The notes under the pieces are model-generated. The model did no database searches and was not told the DNA's origin. It saw nothing but the letters and a program-made list of their open reading frames with translations. The position numbers were made by a program, and so were the translations under genes. From an uncultured Bdellovibrionales bacterium (GTDB lineage Bacteria > Patescibacteriota > Minisyncoccia > Moranbacterales > UBA1568), in assembly GCA_964420045.1 (NCBI GenBank), contig CAYQPQ010000003.1:1-63847 (forward strand): DNA of 63,847 nt. Direction: 5' to 3'. This document shows, piece by piece, positions 26,951 to 34,543 of this stretch. The stretch's first letter is position 1, and each line of letters begins with the position of its first letter.

Positions 26951-29479
26951 ATGGCTGATCAACCGAAGGCGACGAAATTCGTGTTTGATTCGTATCATTT
27001 TTCTTTGCACGAAAAGAAAGCGTCTTTTATGTATCGAATGGAGTTTGCGAATCGAGAGCCGATGCTTTTTACCGACACGCTTGTCTTTCCGGGATTGCCG
27101 GAAACGATACGCGCTTCGGAAGCGTTGATTGATGCGATGTTGCGTGGGATGCATCTCGCGCTCGGTGTGAGCTATTACAAGCTCTCGTGTCCGAAGACGA
27201 TTGAAGTGACACATGCGCTTTCGGAGAAGCAGGCGGCGTTCTGGAACGATGTGTATCGAAAAGGGCTTGGAGAATTTTTCTTTCGGAACAATATTGATTC
27301 GCGCGGAAGAATTGCGTTTCCATTTGATAAAGATATTTCATCGGTGAGCTTTTCGATTGACGTGGAAGACCGGGCGCTTCTTGGTATTGGTGGGGGCAAA
27401 GATTCCATTGTTGCCGGCGAACTTCTCAACGAGATGAATTATGAAACGAGCGCATTTATCTTTGAAACCGGCGATCCGGTTCCGTTGGTTGAGCACGTTG
27501 TTGGTGCGATGGAACTCTCGACTGTAAAGGTGCGTCACTTGCTTGATCCGCAGGTTTTCCAGGCATACGACGGGTCGTTCAATGGACACGTGCCGTTTTC
27601 GGCGATGGTGGCGTGGGTGGGGTATTTGGCGGCCGCATTGTATGGCTATCGATATGTTGTCGTGGGAAATGAACGAAGCAGCAATATCGGCAATGTTGAG
27701 TACTTGGGCGAAACAGTGAATCATCAATGGAGCAAGTCGCTGGAATTCGAGACGATGTTTCAGAAGTATGCCCGGGAATTCTTGTCGCCGGACATCACCT
27801 ATTTTTCACTCCTTCGCCCGTTCTATGAGATTCGAGTTGCTGAGACGTTTTCCCGGTATGAGAAATATTTTTCGTCTTTCTCGAGTTGCAACAGGAGCTT
27901 CAAAGTGCATCAGAAGCGTTCGGAAACACTCTGGTGTGGCGAGTGTGCGAAGTGTGCCTTCGTCTTTCTGCTCCTCTCTGCATTTCTCAAAAAAGAAACA
28001 CTTCTCCATATTTTTGGAAAGAACCTTCTGGACGACGAGGCGCTTCAATCGCTCTTTGGAGATATATTGGGATTCGGCTCGATGAAACCGTTTGACTGCG
28101 TGGGAACATTTGAAGAGGCGCGTGCAGCGCTTTTCCTCTCCGAGAAAAACTTCGGTGAAAGTCGTGTTTCGAAAGAGTTTCTTGCGCGAATCGAACATTC
28201 GGAAGAACTGGTTCGTGAAGTGACGCGCTTCTATTCGGCGCCGACTATCCCTGCACACTTTCTTTTTGTAGGAGCAAAGAAAGTGCTGATTCTCGGATAT
28301 GGCGTCGAAGGAAAAGAAACGGAGCGGTACTTGAAGCAATCTCTGCCTCATTTGGTACTCGGGATCGCGGACAGGAGCGCGGATGCCGGATATCTTGACC
28401 GTCAGAACGAATACGATATAGCCATAAAAACGCCAGGCATTCCAAAACGACTCGTAACAATTCCCTATACTACGGCGACCAATATATTTTTCTCTCGTAT
28501 AAAAAATCTCACCATTGGTGTAACGGGTACAAAGGGGAAGAGCACGACCGCCTCTCTCATTCATTCCATTTTGCGTGCGGCGAAACGGAAGTCACTGCTT
28601 TTGGGAAATATCGGCCAGCCGCTTCTCTCGGCATTCTCCGCTCCGACTGATCCAGATACGGTTATTGTTGCGGAGCTGTCGAGCTATCAGCTCGAAGATA
28701 TCGAGTATTCGCCGCATATCGCCGTCATGCTCAATCTCTTTTCCGATCACATGGATTATCATGGCGGCGTTGCAGCGTATCACGACGCGAAACGCAATAT
28801 ACTTCGATTTCAGAATGAGCGCGACTTTGTTGTCTACAAGAGTCGAGATGCAAGACTGTCTGAGTGGGCACAAGAAGGGAAGGCAAACGCTGTTCCTTTC
28901 GATACAGGAGAGGAAGAAGTGTATGAATCCACGTTGCACGGATTGCACAATGCGGACAATGTTCGGGCAGCGGTTGCCGTTGCGAAACTTCTCAATATTT
29001 CCGAGGAAGCGATTCGAGAAGGTGTGCGAACATTTGTGCCACTTCCGCATCGTCTCGAACGTATCGGAGAGTTTCTCGGTATCACATTTTACGATGATGC
29101 GATTTCGACAACGCCGGAGTCGACCGAGGCGGCACTTGAAGCGATACCGAACGTCTCGACAATTTTCTTGGGTGGCGAAGATCGGGGCTATGATTTTCAC
29201 GGATTGGAGCGGTCGATTCGCAAGTATGGCGTGAAGAATATCGTCTTGTTTCCAGAGAGCGGGAAGCGAATGCTTACCTCGACCGATGGTCTCACTGTGC
29301 TTGAAACAAGAAGTATGGAGGAGGCAGTGTGTTTTGCTTATGAGCAAACGCCGACCGGTTCGGTATGTCTCCTTTCAACCGCTTCGCCAAGTTATTCTCT
29401 CTGGAAAAATTTTGAAGAGAAGGGCGATGAGTTTCAACGCTGTGTGAGAAAATTCGGCGCGCAAGTTGTTCCGAATTGA
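26951..29479 (+). CDS. murD: Fusion protein: N-terminal PP-loop ATP-pyrophosphatase-like domain (MurL-like?) plus C-terminal UDP-MurNAc-L-Ala--glutamate ligase (MurD family)
   Basis: 842 aa. aa 147-152 GGGKDS (27389-27406) is a PP-loop-type motif, and CGECAKCAF lies later in the N-terminal half. From about aa 430 the MurD pattern appears: KKVLILGYGVEGKE...IAIKTPGIP...IGVTGTKGKSTT...DHMDYHG...PHRLE. Confidence 0.75.
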   Translation: MADQPKATKFVFDSYHFSLHEKKASFMYRMEFANREPMLFTDTLVFPGLPETIRASEALIDAMLRGMHLALGVSYYKLSCPKTIEVTHALSEKQAAFWNDVYRKGLGEFFFRNNIDSRGRIAFPFDKDISSVSFSIDVEDRALLGIGGGKDSIVAGELLNEMNYETSAFIFETGDPVPLVEHVVGAMELSTVKVRHLLDPQVFQAYDGSFNGHVPFSAMVAWVGYLAAALYGYRYVVVGNERSSNIGNVEYLGETVNHQWSKSLEFETMFQKYAREFLSPDITYFSLLRPFYEIRVAETFSRYEKYFSSFSSCNRSFKVHQKRSETLWCGECAKCAFVFLLLSAFLKKETLLHIFGKNLLDDEALQSLFGDILGFGSMKPFDCVGTFEEARAALFLSEKNFGESRVSKEFLARIEHSEELVREVTRFYSAPTIPAHFLFVGAKKVLILGYGVEGKETERYLKQSLPHLVLGIADRSADAGYLDRQNEYDIAIKTPGIPKRLVTIPYTTATNIFFSRIKNLTIGVTGTKGKSTTASLIHSILRAAKRKSLLLGNIGQPLLSAFSAPTDPDTVIVAELSSYQLEDIEYSPHIAVMLNLFSDHMDYHGGVAAYHDAKRNILRFQNERDFVVYKSRDARLSEWAQEGKANAVPFDTGEEEVYESTLHGLHNADNVRAAVAVAKLLNISEEAIREGVRTFVPLPHRLERIGEFLGITFYDDAISTTPESTEAALEAIPNVSTIFLGGEDRGYDFHGLERSIRKYGVKNIVLFPESGKRMLTSTDGLTVLETRSMEEAVCFAYEQTPTGSVCLLSTASPSYSLWKNFEEKGDEFQRCVRKFGAQVVPN

Positions 29480-29544
29480 TCTTGTCTCTCTCCGGTGGTA
29501 CACTGCACAGACAGGAAAATTCCCCGTTTCTGAAGATAAAGACT

Positions 29545-30708
29545 ATGAAAATCGATATTGCAAAGCGAGCCCTCCACGCACACAAGGCGCTTCAGGGAAA
29601 AATTGAGGTGGTTTCAAAAGTAAAGATCGCGAAACCGGAGGATCTGAGCGTATACTATTCTCCCGGTGTCGGAGCCGTGTCGTCCTATGTGGCGAAGTTT
29701 CCCGAGAAGTCACGAGTGTATACGATTCGACGCAATACGGTGGCGGTCGTGTCTGATGGATCGGCAGTTTTGGGACTGGGGAATCTGGGTCCCATCGGAG
29801 CACTTCCGGTGATGGAGGGGAAGGCGATGCTCTTCAAGTCATTTGCCAATGTTGATGCATTTCCTATTGTGCTCTCGACGCAAAATGTTGATGAGATCAT
29901 TGATACGGTCGTGCGTATTGCGCTCACTTTCGGCGGCATCAACCTCGAGGACATTGCCGCGCCGCGCTGTTTTGAGATTGAGTCCCGTCTGAGAATGCTA
30001 CTTGATATCCCGGTATTTCACGATGATCAACACGGAACGGCAATGGTTGTTCTTGCGGGACTTATCAATGCGCTCAAGATAGCAAAGAAGAATATCGCTA
30101 CGGCGCGTATTGTCATTGCCGGCGCCGGCGCTGCGGGAAACGCTATTGCGGAACTCCTTCTTTTGGGTGGAGCGCATGATATTATTATGCTTGATAGTCG
30201 AGGGATCCTCTCCAAGAGGCGCGACGATCTGAGCATTCCCAAGCAAGCGCTTCTTGCAAAAACGAACCCGCGGGATATTTCCGGAGGTCTTGACGAGGCG
30301 CTTGCCGATGCCGATGTCTTTATCGGTGTTTCCAAAGGAGACACAGTGACGCAAACGCATATCTCTTCAATGGCGAAGAATAGCATCGTGTTTGCACTGG
30401 CAAATCCTGTGCCGGAAATTATGCCGGATAAAGCGAAGAAAGCCGGGGCATTTGTTGTGGCGACGGGTCGTTCGGATTTCCCCAACCAACTCAACAATGT
30501 TCTTGGTTTCCCGGGAATATTCCGTGGCGCACTCGATCATGGCGTCCAAGATATTACGAATGAAATGCTGGTTGTTGCCGCCAAGAAGCTGGCAAGGCTT
30601 ATTGTATCGCCAAGGCCAGATATGATTATTCCATCGCCTTTCGACAAGCGAGTTGTTCCGGCGGTCGCGAGTGCAATACGCGGTGGAGTGAAAAAAGTGT
30701 GGAAATAA
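29545..30708 (+). CDS. NAD(P)-dependent malic enzyme (short form)
   Basis: LQGKIEV, VYYSPGV, GINLEDIAAPRCF, HDDQHGTA, IAGAGAAG. ATG 29545 preferred over the listed 29476. Confidence 0.85.
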   Translation: MKIDIAKRALHAHKALQGKIEVVSKVKIAKPEDLSVYYSPGVGAVSSYVAKFPEKSRVYTIRRNTVAVVSDGSAVLGLGNLGPIGALPVMEGKAMLFKSFANVDAFPIVLSTQNVDEIIDTVVRIALTFGGINLEDIAAPRCFEIESRLRMLLDIPVFHDDQHGTAMVVLAGLINALKIAKKNIATARIVIAGAGAAGNAIAELLLLGGAHDIIMLDSRGILSKRRDDLSIPKQALLAKTNPRDISGGLDEALADADVFIGVSKGDTVTQTHISSMAKNSIVFALANPVPEIMPDKAKKAGAFVVATGRSDFPNQLNNVLGFPGIFRGALDHGVQDITNEMLVVAAKKLARLIVSPRPDMIIPSPFDKRVVPAVASAIRGGVKKVWK

Positions 30709-30742
30709 TTTCTTTCATCTGAATACTAAGCAAGACATTTTT

Positions 30743-31663
30743 ATGTACGATCTCATCATTATCGGCGCGGGTCCGGCAGGACTCTCCGCTTCAGTCTATG
30801 CTTCTCGCTACGGCATTAAGCATGTGATTCTCGGCGAGGTTGCCGGAGGACTTCTGACGCAGACATTTGATGTGGGAAATTGGCTCGGGACAGAGGCGAT
30901 TGGCGGGCAGACCTTTGCCGATAATGCGGAAAAACACGCGAAAAGTTACGGCGTCGAAATACTTCCGCTTACCGTAGATCGAATCGAAAAGCGCGACGGC
31001 TTTTTCGAGATATTCGCTTCCGGAAAATCATTTCAGACGAAAACTGTGCTGATTGCGACCGGGACAAAGCATCGGCATCTTGGCGTGCCAGGAGAACAGG
31101 AGTTTGCCGGGAAGGGAGTATCATTTTGTCCAACGTGTGACGGCTTCTTTTTCAAGGGGAAGCGCGTGGCAGTCGTCGGCGGAGGAGACAGCGCGACGGA
31201 AGCAGGGGTCTATCTCGCCGATCTTTGTTCAGACGTGTTCGTGATTGTGCGAGAGAAAATAATGATTGCGGAGCAGTTCTGGCAGAAACTTCTTTTATCC
31301 AAAAAGAACGTGCGTGTTATTTTCGAAACGAATGTGAAAGAGATTCGCGGAAGCGGAAAAATGGAAACGCTGCTTCTCGATACGCCCTTTGATGGAAATG
31401 AGACGCTCTCGGTTGACGGGCTCTTTGTGGAGATTGGACTCGCGCCAAACACGAAGCTCCTTGCCGATATTGGTGCGCCGCTCGATGCTCGCGGATATGT
31501 GGAGACCGAGCCGGACCAGAGCGTTGGAGTGCCTGGTGTTTGGGCGGCGGGCGACATCACGACAAATTCGAATCGCTTCTGCCAAATTGTCACAGCCGCA
31601 TCCGAAGGTGCTATTGCCGCAAAGAGTATCCTTGAATATCTTCAGCGCCAAGATGCGAATTAA
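30743..31663 (+). CDS. trxB: Thioredoxin-disulfide reductase
   Basis: YDLIIIGAGPAGLSA, redox CPTCDG, VVGGGDSA, GVWAAGD. Confidence 0.88.
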   Translation: MYDLIIIGAGPAGLSASVYASRYGIKHVILGEVAGGLLTQTFDVGNWLGTEAIGGQTFADNAEKHAKSYGVEILPLTVDRIEKRDGFFEIFASGKSFQTKTVLIATGTKHRHLGVPGEQEFAGKGVSFCPTCDGFFFKGKRVAVVGGGDSATEAGVYLADLCSDVFVIVREKIMIAEQFWQKLLLSKKNVRVIFETNVKEIRGSGKMETLLLDTPFDGNETLSVDGLFVEIGLAPNTKLLADIGAPLDARGYVETEPDQSVGVPGVWAAGDITTNSNRFCQIVTAASEGAIAAKSILEYLQRQDAN

Positions 31664-31707
31664 TACTCCTCGCTACCTTGGTTACCCGCAAAACATTCAT
31701 ATACCCT

Positions 31708-32160
31708 ATGGAGCTTGTTGAAAATACAATCAGCAGTGAAGCAGCCTCAAGGACGGTAGATGTCGAGCATTCGATCATAGAAAAGCAGCGTCAGTGGTTT
31801 GATCGGGAACTACAGGCATGTGCTATTGAAAACATCGCTCGGAGTTTGTCGCCGGATAAGGAAGATTGGGATAATCTCGACAGTTCGGCCAAAAATCAAC
31901 TGCGAATACACGTGGTCACGAGCGGTTTTACCGCCTGGTATCGGGATGAAAAAATTTCCCAGCAATTTACGGAAAATCAGATAGAATTTTCGAAAATAGC
32001 GGCACTCTATGAGCGCTATAAAGATACTGATACGTCGAGAAATTCTAATGGAGAAATGACTGGTCGAATCGCCTTAATGATGGCGTTCTCGGAATTTTCA
32101 GAGCGAGTGTCGAGCGAATGGTTCAAAATACATCCGCCAAAGAATACGCCTCAACATTAG
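31708..32160 (+). CDS. Hypothetical protein (150 aa)
   Basis: Open frame with ATG 31708 (the listed ORF starts at a TTG, 31678). No motif recognised. Followed by a bidirectional terminator. Confidence 0.45.
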   Translation: MELVENTISSEAASRTVDVEHSIIEKQRQWFDRELQACAIENIARSLSPDKEDWDNLDSSAKNQLRIHVVTSGFTAWYRDEKISQQFTENQIEFSKIAALYERYKDTDTSRNSNGEMTGRIALMMAFSEFSERVSSEWFKIHPPKNTPQH

Positions 32161-32195
32161 GAAATTGTTGAGGGGAATCGAGGCAGTGGAAGAAA

Positions 32196-32230
32196 TCAAA
32201 AAGACCACAGGAAGTCCGCGGTCTTTTTTG
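32196..32230. terminator. Bidirectional rho-independent terminator between convergent genes
   Basis: A-run, stem AAGACCAC/GCGGTCTT (7 of 8 bp), T-run. It reads as stem plus U-tract on both strands (downstream of 31708-32160 and of rpmA). Confidence 0.5.
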
Positions 32231-32256
32231 TTTTGTCGTTTAGAAGAGAGCGTTCT

Positions 32257-32538
32257 TTATGCTGTCGGTTCCACATGGACGAAGATGCGCTTGGCGAGTT
32301 TGCCGGTAAAGGCAAGCATTTTCTTGTGTTGAAACGAAACTCTTCCGTCGGACAGGGAAAAGAGCGTATCATCAGCGCCCTGCTTGACGTTCTTGCCAGG
32401 GTGAAATTTGGTACCGCGCTGGCGGATAATAATCTCTCCGGGATGCACAACTTGACCGCCAAACCGCTTGACACCAAGCCGCTTCGAAATGGAATCGCGT
32501 CCGAGTTGTGTAGAACCGCCCGCTTTACGATGTGCCAT
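32257..32538 (-). CDS. rpmA: 50S ribosomal protein L27
   Basis: [51 protein letters not shown]. Confidence 0.93.
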   Translation of the reverse strand: MAHRKAGGSTQLGRDSISKRLGVKRFGGQVVHPGEIIIRQRGTKFHPGKNVKQGADDTLFSLSDGRVSFQHKKMLAFTGKLAKRIFVHVEPTA

Positions 32539-32702
32539 AAACCTTAACGATAGGGATAGATAACAAGGGGATGGTATCGCTTTTCTTCGCTTCTGTCAAT
32601 GGTCGCAAAAAATGGCCACTCCCTCTATTCCAGAAAAGAGTTCCATGGCCTAAAATGGCGTATATTTGCATTTTCCGACATACAGAGATAGGATAGCGCA
32701 TT

Positions 32703-33215
32703 ATGATACCGTTTGTTCAAAAATCTTTTCGTCACATCAAGGCGCTTGGTGTGGGTTGGTCCCAAAAGCATGGGAGGCACGTTCTCTTGTTTTTGGGCAT
32801 GCTCGCATCAATAGCACTTGCTTTTGAGGGCGGGTTCCTTATTGGTCGCGATCGGCAAATGGCGCCCCTGCTTGTCGAAAAGCCCACAGAATCATGTGTA
32901 GCTGATGTGACTCAGTCACTTCAGATGTCATCATCGAGTGATTCTGCCGGAAACGCTCAGACACCAGCGGATGTGTCCGTTGCCAAAGAGAATGGAAGCA
33001 AAGACTTCAAAGCGCCAGCTGAACCTTCAAAAGCCACCCTACCATCAGCGAGTGCTCAAGACTCGACATGCGCGCTTGTAGGAAGTCGGAATTCCGACAA
33101 ATACCATCTTCCGAAATGCAGCTGGGCAAAGCGTATAAAACCGGAGAATCGCGTTTGTTTCACATCTGCCGCCGATGCCGAATCCAAAGGATACAAACCG
33201 GGCTGTATAGAATAG
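32703..33215 (+). CDS. Membrane-anchored protein with a C-terminal four-Cys (Ada-metal-binding-like / sunset-type) domain
   Basis: One TM (LLFLGMLASIALAFEGGFLIG), a low-complexity linker, then C-x13-C...C-x17-C: CALVGSRNSDKYHLPKCSWAKRIKPENRVCFTSAADAESKGYKPGC. Confidence 0.55.
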   Translation: MIPFVQKSFRHIKALGVGWSQKHGRHVLLFLGMLASIALAFEGGFLIGRDRQMAPLLVEKPTESCVADVTQSLQMSSSSDSAGNAQTPADVSVAKENGSKDFKAPAEPSKATLPSASAQDSTCALVGSRNSDKYHLPKCSWAKRIKPENRVCFTSAADAESKGYKPGCIE

Positions 33216-33278
33216 TGTTCCAAATAGAGCAATGCGAGACACTTCGACAGTCTCGGCATTTTCTGTGATAATAGGGGC

Positions 33279-34499
33279 ATGGTGGAAATAGAAAATCAAA
33301 ATATACTGCAGCATGCCGAACACTATGATCCATTGCAGACGCGGCGACTGAGTGGCATCGCGTTTTTGTTTGGTTTTGCCGATTCGTTTCTCGTGTATAT
33401 TCTTTCAGCATATTTCTCTGAGGCTCTCGGCAGCAATAATGTTAGCATTTTCTATTTTCTCGCCTTCGGTGCCATGCTCGCACTGCTTTTCTTTTTGCAA
33501 ACACTGATCCGATATGTCGGGGGATCACGGCTCTTTCTTTTTCTTCTTCTTGGTGTCATCCTCGTGCAGATACCCCCCATTGTTTTGCCAACCTCGCTCT
33601 GGGGGTCGCTCGGCATTATGACCTATCTCATTGTCACGGCGCTTGCTTGGGTGACGCTCGATATAGTGCTCGAACGCTCATCTGAAGACCGCCGATCCGG
33701 CAGGATACGCGGCATGAATCTTTCCGCAATGAATCTTGGCATCCTGTTTGCCCCGTTTCTCTCCGCTGTTATTCTCGGGCGCTTTGGATTTTCTGGAATA
33801 TTCCTCACGAGTCTCGTCTTCTATTCAGTGGTATTTCTTAGTGCGGTTATTGTTCTTTCGAACTCAGCAAATCACCCCGAACGGCGCGTTTTTCCATTTG
33901 AAATCCTTCGTAAGGTAGTTCATCGTGCCGACATCCTTCGAATATACGCGGTTTCATTTGCTCTGAATTTCTTCTACGCGACGATGATTGTTTATACGTC
34001 GCTTCGCCTTCGTGAACTCGGCATGGCATGGAACGACATCGGCATCGTGCTCACTGTGATGCTCGTACCGTTTGTTATTTTGCAGTATCCGCTCGGAATG
34101 CTTGCTGATCGGAAACTTGGCGAAAAGGAGCTTCTCATCGGAGCATTGCTCCTCTCGGCAATTTCGACGGTTTCTCTCGTATGGATAGAGAGTGCCAGTG
34201 TGGTACTCTGGGCGTCAATGCTCTTTATAACACGGGTTGGCATCGCCGGCGTCGAAGTGCTTGGTGACGCATACTTCTACAAACGTATTGAGGGGGATGA
34301 TAGCGACTTTATTGCCTTCTTCCGTACGGCACGTCCGGTTGGCAATATCATCGCGGCTCTCATTCTTGGTGTGTGGCTTCTCTTTTTTCCGCTTTCAAGC
34401 GTTTTTCTCTTGCCGGCGCTCGTACTCTTGCTCACGCTTATCCCAACGCTTTCGCTGGAGGATAATCCGAGTGAATACGAGCAAGGACTAACCGCATAA
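33279..34499 (+). CDS. MFS-type transporter
   Basis: 406 aa with about 12 hydrophobic helices in a 6+6 layout and a central loop (ERSSEDRRSGRIRG). Confidence 0.65.
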   Translation: MVEIENQNILQHAEHYDPLQTRRLSGIAFLFGFADSFLVYILSAYFSEALGSNNVSIFYFLAFGAMLALLFFLQTLIRYVGGSRLFLFLLLGVILVQIPPIVLPTSLWGSLGIMTYLIVTALAWVTLDIVLERSSEDRRSGRIRGMNLSAMNLGILFAPFLSAVILGRFGFSGIFLTSLVFYSVVFLSAVIVLSNSANHPERRVFPFEILRKVVHRADILRIYAVSFALNFFYATMIVYTSLRLRELGMAWNDIGIVLTVMLVPFVILQYPLGMLADRKLGEKELLIGALLLSAISTVSLVWIESASVVLWASMLFITRVGIAGVEVLGDAYFYKRIEGDDSDFIAFFRTARPVGNIIAALILGVWLLFFPLSSVFLLPALVLLLTLIPTLSLEDNPSEYEQGLTA

Positions 34500-34543
34500 A
34501 AAACCTTCATTTCAGATTTGTTTTTTTTAGGAATGTATACGCT

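Noticed and set aside
27806-29347. Two minus-strand ORFs of about 250 aa (27806-28564, 28592-29347) inside the MurD fusion gene
   Set aside because: Antisense shadow ORFs. The plus frame is continuous for 842 codons with PP-loop and Mur ligase motifs.
31120-31140. trxB redox motif CPTC instead of the common CATC
   Set aside because: Both catalytic cysteines are retained. I regard this as a conservative variant of no particular significance.
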